This document shows, piece after piece, positions 36,617 through 46,437 of a DNA stretch of 64,000 bases. The position numbers were made by a program, and so were the translations under genes. How positions within the stretch are numbered: position 1 is the first letter of the stretch; every line of letters begins with the position of its first letter. The stretch is from a virus. Below the pieces are notes generated by a model. It was given only the letters and a program-made list of their open reading frames with translations. It was not told the origin of the DNA and searched no databases. The stretch is from positions 9,812 to 73,811 of IMG/VR virus record IMGVR_UViG_3300029267_002158; one strand, given 5' to 3'.

Positions 36617-37838
36617 CTTTTATTCTCTAGACGAGGCGTACTCGTTATGCGGCGTCGTGTCGGAGCAATTATCAATGCTTCGAGAGTACAATCCCATTCT
36701 CATTGTGGACGAGGCATTCCCCAAAAGCGGAACCCCGTGGCATGAATTTAAAATGCAAAAAATTCCCGGTATACCTAGGAGTAATTCGTTCAAGCCGCCC
36801 GTAGAAAAGGACGTGGAACGGATGCGCGCCGCGATGAGCGACATACTAAAAAGTGGCGTTGTTATAACCCACGATATGATATACCAGCCCAGTATGGTCG
36901 GACACCACGCCGCCGCCAGAAAGGTGGCGGCGGAAAACCCCAATTTGAGATGGCTGCACTGGATTCATTCCGCTACTCCGTGCTTTGCCAGGCAACACTC
37001 TCAATATTTCAAGGGAGTGTTTCCGAACTCAAAGATTGTGTTTCCCAATGAATACGATCAGTCAAGGGTGGCGGCAAACTACAATGTTCCAGAAAGCGAT
37101 GTTGTCTTTGTACCTCATTCTACAGACCCGGTAGAGTTTCTAATGCAGCACGAGTTATCAAAGCAACTGGCAAGAGAAATTAATTTGCTGGAGGCTGATG
37201 TCATAGGGTGCTACCCCGCTAGACTGGACAGGGGAAAGCAAGTTGAAATTGGTATAGAGATTTTTGCTGGCATAAAGAATACCGGTAAGTCGGTGCGGTA
37301 TATCATATTTGACTTTCATTCAACAGGCGGAGACAAAGTAAGCTATCGAAGAAGTCTTGAAAGCAAGTGCGCCGAGCTTGGCTTGGCGGTTGGTCGCGAG
37401 GTCGTGTTCGTTTCAGAATGGCGCAAAGAGACAAAGTATTCGTCCCCCAGACAAATGGTCAAGGATTTTATGACGGTAGGGGATCTATTGATCCTCCCTA
37501 GTCGCTCAGAGACTTATTCTTTAGTCGCGCAAGAAGCGGCCTTGTGCAAGAACTTATTGGTGTTGAACTTTGATTTTCCTCCTATGCGGTCGATATATGG
37601 ACGCGACGCTTTGTATGAAAAGTTTTCATCGGACATAGACGCTCTATCAGGAGCGAATGGTAGAACGGAAACAAAATACGAAAATCGACAAGACTACATG
37701 AACAGGGTAGCGCTGCGAGCAGTGAGTTATCTCGAAGAATCAATGACGCTTCGACAATTCAGGCTTTTAAGAAAGACGCGCAACCCGAAAGCTGTGTTGA
37801 GAGATTACTTGGAGCCGCTCATCTGGAGGGGATCATGA
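36594..37838 (+). CDS. GT-B (GT4-like) glycosyltransferase
   Basis: YPARLDRGKQ, LILPSRSETYSLVAQEA. Confidence 0.85.
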   Translation: MEIYILTDFYSLDEAYSLCGVVSEQLSMLREYNPILIVDEAFPKSGTPWHEFKMQKIPGIPRSNSFKPPVEKDVERMRAAMSDILKSGVVITHDMIYQPSMVGHHAAARKVAAENPNLRWLHWIHSATPCFARQHSQYFKGVFPNSKIVFPNEYDQSRVAANYNVPESDVVFVPHSTDPVEFLMQHELSKQLAREINLLEADVIGCYPARLDRGKQVEIGIEIFAGIKNTGKSVRYIIFDFHSTGGDKVSYRRSLESKCAELGLAVGREVVFVSEWRKETKYSSPRQMVKDFMTVGDLLILPSRSETYSLVAQEAALCKNLLVLNFDFPPMRSIYGRDALYEKFSSDIDALSGANGRTETKYENRQDYMNRVALRAVSYLEESMTLRQFRLLRKTRNPKAVLRDYLEPLIWRGS

Positions 37839-38551
37839 CAAAGTTCTCAATAATCATACCTGTGAGAAACAGACTGGGTGAGCTGTGCAGGGCACTAAAG
37901 AGCGTGGACTCCCAAACATTCCAGGATTTTGAATGCGTCGTGGTTGATGATGAATCAAGATTACCGATAGGGCCGGTTGTCTTTCAGAATTACGGGCCGT
38001 GGTTCACCGGTATTCGCCTTGACGATCGCAGCGAGCGCGTCGTGGCGTGGACAAAAGGTATTGAGGCGACCAGTGGAGAGTGGCTTTGCCGACTGGACAG
38101 CGACGATGAGTTTGCGTCGCATTATCTAGAGGCAGTCAACGGCGCTATCTTACAACACCCTGAAGCAAGGTGCTTTAACTTCGGGGCAGTTATCCATCAC
38201 CGAAAACGATCCGACAACGGCCCTGTGTACACTAGAACAAGTATCAGGCCGACGTTCAGGCCGAAGTGGCTCGGTGATAAGCACGTGGAGTTCAAAAGCG
38301 GGAAAATAGGAACGGGACACTTTGTGTTCCATCGAAGCGTGCTCGATGAAATAGAGTGGTTGCCACAAGTCAGGAGCCCGTACAAATTTCATGAGATGGC
38401 AACAGATGTGCATCACCTGTACCCGTTCCCAGGGACTACTTTGGGGAATCCTTGGGGTGATGACTATCTCGCATTCTACCGCATCACAAGAAAGTTTCAA
38501 TCAATCCCTATCGAGCCGGCGCTGTATATTCAACACACGAGGACAGGATGA
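37835..38551 (+). CDS. GT2 glycosyltransferase
   Basis: FSIIIPVRNR, VVVDDES, LDSDD, GDD. Confidence 0.9.
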   Translation: MTKFSIIIPVRNRLGELCRALKSVDSQTFQDFECVVVDDESRLPIGPVVFQNYGPWFTGIRLDDRSERVVAWTKGIEATSGEWLCRLDSDDEFASHYLEAVNGAILQHPEARCFNFGAVIHHRKRSDNGPVYTRTSIRPTFRPKWLGDKHVEFKSGKIGTGHFVFHRSVLDEIEWLPQVRSPYKFHEMATDVHHLYPFPGTTLGNPWGDDYLAFYRITRKFQSIPIEPALYIQHTRTG

Positions 38552-39267
38552 TAGATATTTGCATTGTTACATTCAATAGACTTAACTTTTCAACCGAGTG
38601 CATAGAAAAGATTGCTCTCAGGACAAGAACGCCGCACCGTATTATCGTTGTAGACAACGGCTCGACGGACGGAACGGCTGAGTGGATAGCAGACACAGGG
38701 ATCATTGATAAGAAAATCTTGCTCAGAGAGAACAAGGGCATACACTACGCCTGGAACCTTGCTTTGCTGCATGTCAAGTCAGATTACTTTGTCTGCTGTG
38801 ACAACGACATACTTTGCCCTGATTTGCGACCGGTTGATTGGCTAGGCCAGCTATGGGACTTGATTGAGAATTATCCTCAATACGCTGCTATATCAGCGAG
38901 GCCACAAGTGCTTGTTGGGGAACCTGGTGATATGTTCGATGTTGATAAACCAATTGTTGACAGACCGCACGTCGGCGCATCTTTGAGGATTATGCGCGCC
39001 GACGCTGTCCGTAGGGCTGGTGGGTGGGAGAAGACCACCAGGCCAGAGAGGAATCACGAAGAGAGGTGGATTTGCTCCCGGCTGAAGAAATTGAATTTCT
39101 CGGTTGGTTACGCAAAAGATATTCGCTGCTGGCATTTGTTCGGAGATAGCAATTGGGGGTACAAGAACGTACCTCACGGCCACAGGGATGTTTGGCCGCC
39201 GGTCGAAGTGTGGGATTCTGAGAATTTCAGAGCAAAATTCGACCCGATGACATTCGAGGAGATGTGA
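38548..39267 (+). CDS. GT2 glycosyltransferase
   Basis: IVTFNR, VVDNGSTDGT, CDND. Confidence 0.9.
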   Translation: MIDICIVTFNRLNFSTECIEKIALRTRTPHRIIVVDNGSTDGTAEWIADTGIIDKKILLRENKGIHYAWNLALLHVKSDYFVCCDNDILCPDLRPVDWLGQLWDLIENYPQYAAISARPQVLVGEPGDMFDVDKPIVDRPHVGASLRIMRADAVRRAGGWEKTTRPERNHEERWICSRLKKLNFSVGYAKDIRCWHLFGDSNWGYKNVPHGHRDVWPPVEVWDSENFRAKFDPMTFEEM

Positions 39268-39950
39268 TAATGGACATGTCATTTTTGGTTACAGGGCACG
39301 GACGTTCAGGAACAAAGTGGTTATCTAGGTTGCTGAACCAAGATCCAAGTGTTTCTGTGCATCACGAGCCGCTGGCGCAGGCTGACAGGGCTGCCTATGC
39401 CAAGATATATTACGGCAAAATGCGTGCTGACGAGTACCTTATGGCGCGCAAAATTGGAATGACAACCATTTGGAACAGAGCTAGCAGCAAGGGATTCGCA
39501 GAGGTAAACTCATACATGCGCTATTGCGCTAATGAATACAGACTTGTCTTTAATGTCCCTGTGGCCGCCATCGTCAGGGACGGACGATGTGTTGTAAGAT
39601 CTATGATGGCGCGTGGGGTGTATCAAAAGCCAGGCTATCCTGAGATACTTGGGCACGGTATGACCCCATTCGAGAAATGCTGCTGGTATTGGGCCGATAC
39701 ATATAGGCGTTTATCCAACATAGAGACTTTTCGCCTTGAGGATCTGAATAGTAATTACGATGAGTTTTGCCGATTGTGCTACATGCTCGATGTAAAAGTC
39801 AGTGCTCGCGTGTGGGAAAAGCACAGACGCACCCTTGTTAATGCAGATGTAGGATTGAGGACACCGCCATACTGGGGGAGGAAGCAGAAACTTGCCTTCG
39901 ACGACGTTGCCGGAGACATATACTATAAATTCTACGGAGGAATATTGTGA
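39264..39950 (+). CDS. Sulfotransferase-family protein
   Basis: VTGHGRSGTKWL, HEP, IVRDGR..V.S, FRLEDL. Confidence 0.85.
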   Translation: MIMDMSFLVTGHGRSGTKWLSRLLNQDPSVSVHHEPLAQADRAAYAKIYYGKMRADEYLMARKIGMTTIWNRASSKGFAEVNSYMRYCANEYRLVFNVPVAAIVRDGRCVVRSMMARGVYQKPGYPEILGHGMTPFEKCCWYWADTYRRLSNIETFRLEDLNSNYDEFCRLCYMLDVKVSARVWEKHRRTLVNADVGLRTPPYWGRKQKLAFDDVAGDIYYKFYGGIL

Positions 39951-40192
39951 GTGATAGTGATATGATGGACAAATTACTTCGCGGATGGATAAGGACCGCG
40001 AGACTTAACATTGCAATGCTAGATGTGGTGAGATCTAATGCAATAGACCTTGTAACCGTGCTGGAAGGCAGAGACATCTTTAAGAATGTTGATGGATACC
40101 CAGGGGAGCTTGACGATCAAGTGAGCGGGATAATCTCAAGTTTAAAAGCTATAGTTCTGGAAACGAGTAAGATCATGGTTAAGCTGAAATGA
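39947..40192 (+). CDS. Hypothetical protein
   Basis: RBS GGAGGA; 4-nt overlaps on both sides. Confidence 0.65.
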   Translation: MSDSDMMDKLLRGWIRTARLNIAMLDVVRSNAIDLVTVLEGRDIFKNVDGYPGELDDQVSGIISSLKAIVLETSKIMVKLK

Positions 40193-41106
40193 GAATAGCT
40201 ATAACAGATACGAACCAGGGAAAATTCACAAGAGATATGATGAGGCATTGGCAGTCGCAGGGCCATCACGTAAAACTCTTTGGCACTTGCCGGCGACCGC
40301 ATATGGAGTGGGCCGACGTGCTCTGGTTCGACTGCGTGGATGGCAATCTTGTAGCCGCCACAAAAAAAGCCCCTGAGTTAACCGAAGGCAAGTTTGTTAT
40401 TGCCAGGGCTATTGATATTGATGTGTGGGCCTGTCATTTCAATGCTGTTAATTGGTCAAGGGTAAACCATATTATATTCATTGCGAAGCACATCAAGGAT
40501 TACATGCTCGAAGAGAAGAACATGCGCCACAAGGTGCATTGCCCTGTTCATCTCATACCGTGCGGGGTCGATACGAATAGATTTACTATGCGAAGAAACC
40601 CCGTGAGAAACAATAATGTCGCTGTAGTGATGAGGTTGTGGCACGGGAAGGGCATAGCCTTGCTGTTACAGCTTATTGCCGATATGCCAGATTATCATTT
40701 CCATATTTGTGGGAAATGGGGGATGTCCGGCATAGAGAAAGGGTGGTTCAAACACTATATCGACGACTACCTGAGCCGGCACGACAACTGGACACATGTC
40801 GCTCAGGTCGATGATATGAATGAGTGGCTGGAGGATAAGGCGTACGCCCTCATTCCGTCGATGAAGGAAGCTTTTAGCTATGCAGCCGCCGAGGCGATGG
40901 CTAAGGGGATCAAGCCCGCCATCCATAATTTCTACGGCGCTAGCACTCTGTGGCCGGAGGAGTACAGGTGGTCCACAATCGGACAAGTGAGAGAAATATT
41001 CAGTGAGGAGTACAAGCCTGAAAGATACAGAGGGTATATCGAGGGGGCCTACCCCTTATCAAAAATGATGAACGCATTTGACAAAATTCTGGAGGAGGCA
41101 TCTTGA
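40189..41106 (+). CDS. GT-B (GT4-like) glycosyltransferase
   Basis: IPCGVDTNRF, KG, SMKEAFSYAAAEAMAKGIKP. Confidence 0.9.
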   Translation: MRIAITDTNQGKFTRDMMRHWQSQGHHVKLFGTCRRPHMEWADVLWFDCVDGNLVAATKKAPELTEGKFVIARAIDIDVWACHFNAVNWSRVNHIIFIAKHIKDYMLEEKNMRHKVHCPVHLIPCGVDTNRFTMRRNPVRNNNVAVVMRLWHGKGIALLLQLIADMPDYHFHICGKWGMSGIEKGWFKHYIDDYLSRHDNWTHVAQVDDMNEWLEDKAYALIPSMKEAFSYAAAEAMAKGIKPAIHNFYGASTLWPEEYRWSTIGQVREIFSEEYKPERYRGYIEGAYPLSKMMNAFDKILEEAS

Positions 41107-41912
41107 ATACCATTGTTTTTCCGGTTGTCCGCACAGACTTGATTAAACATGCTCTTGGGTCATTTTGGCAACACAATGACAGAGAGCTGCACAGGGTTAT
41201 CGTCATCGATCAGTCCAGAACTGGACTTGACGACCTGGTTAACGCCGGCTTGGCGCACGCCCACCTTCGAGTACACAGGAATCTAGGATTTGCCGGCGCA
41301 TCCAATAGAGGGATACGCCTTGCTGACACCAGATACGTTACCGTGTCAAATGACGACGTGATCTGGTTTGATCCTCGGTGGTGGGAAGGTGTAATGAAAA
41401 TATTTAACCGTGATGAGAAAATGGTCGCGGTTAACCCCTCTTGCCCCAAGCTGCCAGGATGGAGCTTCGGAGACAAGGTTGATAGGTACATCGCTGGTGC
41501 CGATTCTCCAGAGAAATGCGACTGGGATACGCTGAAGAAGGAGACCCCATTGCGCGGCCTCGTGCACGGAATCTGTATGTGGTGTACGACGTTTGATATG
41601 AGTAGGCTCAGCGACATTGGCGTCATTGGTGATAGGGGGCACTTGTTCGACGAGCGGTTCTACCCCGGAGGATCTGAGGATTACGATCTGAACGCCAGGA
41701 TATTCAGGGCCGGCGGGCTGGCGGTAGGAACTCATGAGAGCTGGTTGTGGCATTATTGGGGGAAATCAAAGGATGAAAAGGGGCATGATGGCATGGCTCC
41801 GATAGCGGAGAAGCCAGCGTGGAACAGAATGGGTGATTTGTGGGAAAAGGGATTCACTGTGCAAGGTGGGTCCGCCAGAAAGACAGATGAGGTCTACACA
41901 GATTCTCTCTAG
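41103..41912 (+). CDS. GT2 glycosyltransferase
   Basis: VIDQS, NLGFAGASNRG, NDD, FDERFYPGGSEDYD. Confidence 0.9.
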   Translation: MNTIVFPVVRTDLIKHALGSFWQHNDRELHRVIVIDQSRTGLDDLVNAGLAHAHLRVHRNLGFAGASNRGIRLADTRYVTVSNDDVIWFDPRWWEGVMKIFNRDEKMVAVNPSCPKLPGWSFGDKVDRYIAGADSPEKCDWDTLKKETPLRGLVHGICMWCTTFDMSRLSDIGVIGDRGHLFDERFYPGGSEDYDLNARIFRAGGLAVGTHESWLWHYWGKSKDEKGHDGMAPIAEKPAWNRMGDLWEKGFTVQGGSARKTDEVYTDSL

Positions 41913-41922
41913 GTGGTGAATT

Positions 41923-44900
41923 ATGGCCGAAGTCTTTAACATTACGCATGATGCAGGAAACTTAAACGAATATGATTCGTTGCAAACCGGTGACGATCTC
42001 GCAGCGACAGAGGCAGCAGCACTTGGGAATACGAGCTATGGGCTTGCTGTAACCATAGACTCCACGACAAGCAGATGGGGAGCGATAGGCTTTGCAGAGC
42101 TATCTAATGGCGGCTATCGCTATAGATTCTATGTTGATCCAAACGGCCTGACGATGGACGGCGGCGACGAGTTTCGCCTCTTTGAGGTAAACGATGGCGG
42201 CCAAATTCGCCAATTCGTAGATATGGAATACTCCAGCAGCGCTTACCATATTCGCGCCCAGATAAGAGATGACGGCGGTAGTTGGTATTCAACAAGTAGC
42301 TCAACAACAATCACTGACGCAGAGCACTACATCGAGGTATGTGTCGAGTATGCTGCAACTAGCAGTTCAGAGGACGGTATTCTCACGCTGTGGATCGACG
42401 GTGTCCAGGAAGACACCATCGAGGATCTTGATTTGCACAGCCTTGGCGAACCAGACGGTGCAAGAGTTGGTGCTACAAATGGCCTTGAATCCGGCACGTC
42501 TGGAACCCTGTATCTCGACGAGATTGTTTTGCGTGATGACGATACCGAGATAGGCCCTGTTACCAGCGCCTCCACCTCAACCTCGACTACTACATCAACC
42601 ACCACTACAACCACCACATCAACGTCAACCTCGACAACCTCCACTAGTACAAGTACCACAACCACATCAACGTCAACATCAACTACAACAACTCTTTGGA
42701 CAGATGTTGACGTTGACCACGAAAGCTGCGCCTTCAACGAGTATGACAGGCTTGTAAACAGCAGCGATCTCGCAATAACACAAGCCGCAGGGCTCGCTGA
42801 CACAAACTGCGGTTTGGCAGTAACTATTGATTCAACATCACCAGCGTATGGCGAGATTGATCTCGGTGTCTTATCGGACCATACTTACAGCTTCAGATTC
42901 TATGTTGATCCAAACGGCCTGACGATGGACGGCGGCGACGAGTTCAGGCTTGTTGAGATGGTAGATAGTGTAGTTGGTGTACTCTCCTTTGTGGACATAG
43001 AGTATTCTAGTAGCGCTTACCATATTCGCGCCCAAGCAAGGGACAAAAATGGAGATTGGTCTTCGTCTGGCAATTACACAATAGATGATGACGAGCACTG
43101 CATAGAAGTTAATGCGCTTACTGACATTGCCGGCGAAACTCATAGCGCAACTTTCACTTTAAGGATAGACGGTGAGCAGAAAACCAGCGTAGGCTCCCTT
43201 GATGTTACTGGCCTGAGCGTACCAGACTCGATCCGTATTGGAGCCACAGCAGGTATTGAATCCGGCACATCAGGTACATTTTATCTTGACGAGCTTATAG
43301 CCACAGACTCGTCGAGTGAAATCGGGACGAAGCTCGGTCCGTACTTTATGCAGCCCAATGGAGACAGAACGTCCAACTGGTCAGCCGGCGGCTCCGGCTC
43401 AGGGCACTGGGATAGAGTTGCAAAAGACAGGCAAGCCAGCGATGTGCCTGACAAAACGAGCTATATCTACACAAGCAGCGAATCGCCTATAATAGACAGT
43501 TTCACTATGACCAACGTTGACATCGCGGGCGGCAATGCTGAAGATATAGCGGTGTGGTTATATTGCGAGGTTGAGAACGTAGGAAGCTCAGCGTATGTCG
43601 ATGTAAGTCTCTGGAATAGCGACGAGACAGCCCAATATGGTGCTACAAAACAGATAACTCCAATTTCTACCCCGTCATGGCCGTCGGTAAAATTCGAGAA
43701 TAGAAATCTCTCGCAAGCACAAATGAACGATCTTGTGGTGAGAATTTCATACGTCAACGATCCTGATCCACCAGAGGAAATAAAGGTCTATGCGCTTTAC
43801 GCTGAGGTAACTAGACTCTCTGGCACTACCTCGACAAGCACAAGTACTACAAGTACGACGTCCACCTCGACCTCCACAACCTCGACATCGACATCGACAA
43901 GTACTACGTCAACAAGTACTTCAAGCACAACCTCGACATCGACATCGACATCGACATCGACTACTTCAACAAGCACCAGTACTAGCACCAGTACCAGCAC
44001 GACCTCGACCTCGACAAGTACAACTTCCACAAGTACATCGACAACCTCAACCACCTCCTCTACTTCAACGGGTACGACTACGACGCTTGCTTGCGACACG
44101 TGGTCGTGTGACGCGGTTGTTGGAGATCATGGATCGAGCGATAACATTGGTGATATGCTCATCTTGCAACGTGTCCGTGCCCTTGCCAGCGGACACGTGA
44201 CTAGCGTAAGGTTCTACGCCAATTCTGTTACAATGGACGCGAACGTTCACGCAGCTTTGTACACAGATAATAGTGGCCTGCCAGACAGCAGACTAGCTAA
44301 CGGCGAGGCGACTGTTACCTCGACCGGTCACTTTAGTGTTAACTTGACGGTTAATCCTGCCGTTTCCGCAGGCAGCTATTACTGGATCGCAATTTTCTAC
44401 CTGCAAGGCACGGGACTTACTGTCACTGTTGATGACACAGCGCCATACGTGGCCGACGAAGCAAGGTATACTGATTATGTTAGTGTGTCATATCCGTTCC
44501 CGTCAAAGATCACAGAGAGTTACGAGGCAAGCGAGTGTGTATATACCTGCATGTACATTGCTTGCAGCGCGACAACTACTTCCACCTCGACCACGACAAG
44601 CACCACTACTTCCACCTCGACCACCAGTACCAGTACCAGTACGACCTCAACCAGTACCAGTACCTCTACCTCGACAACCTTAACAAGTACATCGACTAGT
44701 ACAACATCGACTAGTACCAGTACCTCTACAACATCGACAAGTACAAGTACCTCGACCTCTACCTCGACAACCTTAACAAGTACAAGCACATCTACCTCCA
44801 CCTCCACCTCCACCACGACGACTGCGACCTCCACTTCTACCTCGACAACAACACTGGCCTTCTCTACTTACAGGAAGCGCAAGCCTGTCAAGCCGCATAT

Positions 44901-46437
44901 CGAGATCAAGACTGGCGAGAGAGTATATCGGCCAAAGGCGACCGCTATGAAATGGGGAGCGGTGTACTCTCCGTCCGGCAGCGGCTTTGGCTATTTGTCC
45001 TTCACCGTGCTTCGTGACGCGGGAAAAGACTACCCGGATATTGGGTACGGAATGGAAGTTACATTAAGAAAAGGACTGACGAAGATCCTGTTTCACGGCG
45101 TCATCACAAAGATTCAAGAAGAGAGAGGTGACGCCAGCAAAATCTCTGTTGGCTGTACGGGGTGGAAGGTGGTGTTTGAAAACGACCGACTTAACAGAAT
45201 ATATACTGATTCAAGAACGGAAAGCGGGGCGTGGATCGTGGATGAGGAGCCAAGTGGATTGTTTCAGCCAAGCAAGTTCGACATCCGCCTTGGTTCAGAG
45301 ATAGAGGTGCGCCCAAGGGAGCGGATCGACTTCACCGCCGATGAATATAGCGAGGCGGTGTACTCTATGCCTAGTGGGCAAAATGTAAAATGGGTCGAGT
45401 TCTCTTGGGCGACTGTATTCCCTAGCGGGTACCCATTCAAATTCGAGATCCTGAGCAATGACAATACTTTGTTGACAACCACGACAACCGGCGAGCAATC
45501 CGGCAGTTCCAGGGCCGTTATCTCTGGTGACGCAACCACTGTGTCAATCCGCCTTACCATCACAGACGCGGGAGAGAGCACGGCTGCGGATGATGCTGCA
45601 TATGCCAAGATCACGGCTGTCTCAATATCAGCCAAGGACACGTACCCTGTTGATATGGCGGTGGTGTTAAAGGACATTGTGGACTATCTTTATGACGCAG
45701 GGCACGGAATTTCTAACGATAAGACTAAGATAGAATCAACAAACCGCACCTTACATCCAGCATATTTCCTCTCTGACCAAACACCAAGGGAGATTCTGGA
45801 ATGGTGCGCCAACAGAGGGAATAGTAACGGCAAGCCTGTGTGTTGGGGAATGGAGCTGAATGATAGGAGGAGGGTCTTTCTAAAAGAGCAAGACCTGGAG
45901 ACCGTTGGTTATTACTTGCCACACGACGAGGCAAAAACAAACGTGACTGGCGACGCACAAAACTCTCATCAAAAACTGTATGCCACGTACAAGGGGATTG
46001 ACGGAGAGGAATATCGCACAGCCGATACCACTGATCAGGATACCATAGACGATATGAATGGTTATTTCAGAAGGGACGTGATGGGACTTGACGGGGAAAT
46101 GAGTAGTGGCCTGGCGAACTTCGCAGTGGCCTTGAATCTGTCAGAAAACAAGAAGCCCACGACCTCATCTAGTTGGGAGGTCAAGGGCTCCATTCTTAGC
46201 AACACGGGCAAGCGCGTCCCTTTTGACGAGATCCTGCCTGGCGTGATGGTAACAGATCGGAATTTCAAGTCCCGTGAAGCGATCTTGCAAGGAGGAGATG
46301 ACTTTAGAGACAGGGCCACCACATTCTTTCTTATAGGAACGGAGATTGATTATGACTCAGGTGTCTGTCAGTTGATAAACGGGAGGGACGACAAGACCCT
46401 AAGTCGATATATGATGGCTATTGCAGATATGCCCTAG
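41923..46437 (+). CDS. Large tail-tip protein: beta-sandwich domains, three Ser/Thr mucin-like tracts and a C-terminal hub (Tal-like) region
   Basis: Duplicated N-terminal domain; TS tracts; C-terminal GFGYLSF...VTL...LFHGVI...ISVGCTGW typical of hub proteins. Confidence 0.75.
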   Translation: MAEVFNITHDAGNLNEYDSLQTGDDLAATEAAALGNTSYGLAVTIDSTTSRWGAIGFAELSNGGYRYRFYVDPNGLTMDGGDEFRLFEVNDGGQIRQFVDMEYSSSAYHIRAQIRDDGGSWYSTSSSTTITDAEHYIEVCVEYAATSSSEDGILTLWIDGVQEDTIEDLDLHSLGEPDGARVGATNGLESGTSGTLYLDEIVLRDDDTEIGPVTSASTSTSTTTSTTTTTTTSTSTSTTSTSTSTTTTSTSTSTTTTLWTDVDVDHESCAFNEYDRLVNSSDLAITQAAGLADTNCGLAVTIDSTSPAYGEIDLGVLSDHTYSFRFYVDPNGLTMDGGDEFRLVEMVDSVVGVLSFVDIEYSSSAYHIRAQARDKNGDWSSSGNYTIDDDEHCIEVNALTDIAGETHSATFTLRIDGEQKTSVGSLDVTGLSVPDSIRIGATAGIESGTSGTFYLDELIATDSSSEIGTKLGPYFMQPNGDRTSNWSAGGSGSGHWDRVAKDRQASDVPDKTSYIYTSSESPIIDSFTMTNVDIAGGNAEDIAVWLYCEVENVGSSAYVDVSLWNSDETAQYGATKQITPISTPSWPSVKFENRNLSQAQMNDLVVRISYVNDPDPPEEIKVYALYAEVTRLSGTTSTSTSTTSTTSTSTSTTSTSTSTSTTSTSTSSTTSTSTSTSTSTTSTSTSTSTSTSTTSTSTSTTSTSTSTTSTTSSTSTGTTTTLACDTWSCDAVVGDHGSSDNIGDMLILQRVRALASGHVTSVRFYANSVTMDANVHAALYTDNSGLPDSRLANGEATVTSTGHFSVNLTVNPAVSAGSYYWIAIFYLQGTGLTVTVDDTAPYVADEARYTDYVSVSYPFPSKITESYEASECVYTCMYIACSATTTSTSTTTSTTTSTSTTSTSTSTTSTSTSTSTSTTLTSTSTSTTSTSTSTSTTSTSTSTSTSTSTTLTSTSTSTSTSTSTTTTATSTSTSTTTLAFSTYRKRKPVKPHIEIKTGERVYRPKATAMKWGAVYSPSGSGFGYLSFTVLRDAGKDYPDIGYGMEVTLRKGLTKILFHGVITKIQEERGDASKISVGCTGWKVVFENDRLNRIYTDSRTESGAWIVDEEPSGLFQPSKFDIRLGSEIEVRPRERIDFTADEYSEAVYSMPSGQNVKWVEFSWATVFPSGYPFKFEILSNDNTLLTTTTTGEQSGSSRAVISGDATTVSIRLTITDAGESTAADDAAYAKITAVSISAKDTYPVDMAVVLKDIVDYLYDAGHGISNDKTKIESTNRTLHPAYFLSDQTPREILEWCANRGNSNGKPVCWGMELNDRRRVFLKEQDLETVGYYLPHDEAKTNVTGDAQNSHQKLYATYKGIDGEEYRTADTTDQDTIDDMNGYFRRDVMGLDGEMSSGLANFAVALNLSENKKPTTSSSWEVKGSILSNTGKRVPFDEILPGVMVTDRNFKSREAILQGGDDFRDRATTFFLIGTEIDYDSGVCQLINGRDDKTLSRYMMAIADMP
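42124..42944 (+). repeat. Exact 50-bp direct repeat (42124-42173 and 42895-42944)
   Basis: AGATTCTATGTTGATCCAAACGGCCTGACGATGGACGGCGGCGACGAGTT in both copies of the duplicated domain. Confidence 0.95.
42562..42693 (+). repeat. Ser/Thr low-complexity tract 1 (~44 aa)
   Basis: Almost pure T/S codons. Confidence 0.95.
43825..44085 (+). repeat. Ser/Thr low-complexity tract 2 (~87 aa)
   Basis: Almost pure T/S codons. Confidence 0.95.
44572..44853 (+). repeat. Ser/Thr low-complexity tract 3 (~94 aa)
   Basis: Almost pure T/S codons. Confidence 0.95.

Noticed and set aside
42124-42944. Diversity-generating retroelement TR/VR pair
   Set aside because: Both copies lie in-frame within duplicated domains, flanking differences are not adenine-specific, and no reverse transcriptase is in the window
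42327-44834. Val/Glu/Asp-rich minus-strand ORFs
   Set aside because: Antisense shadows of the Ser/Thr codon tracts
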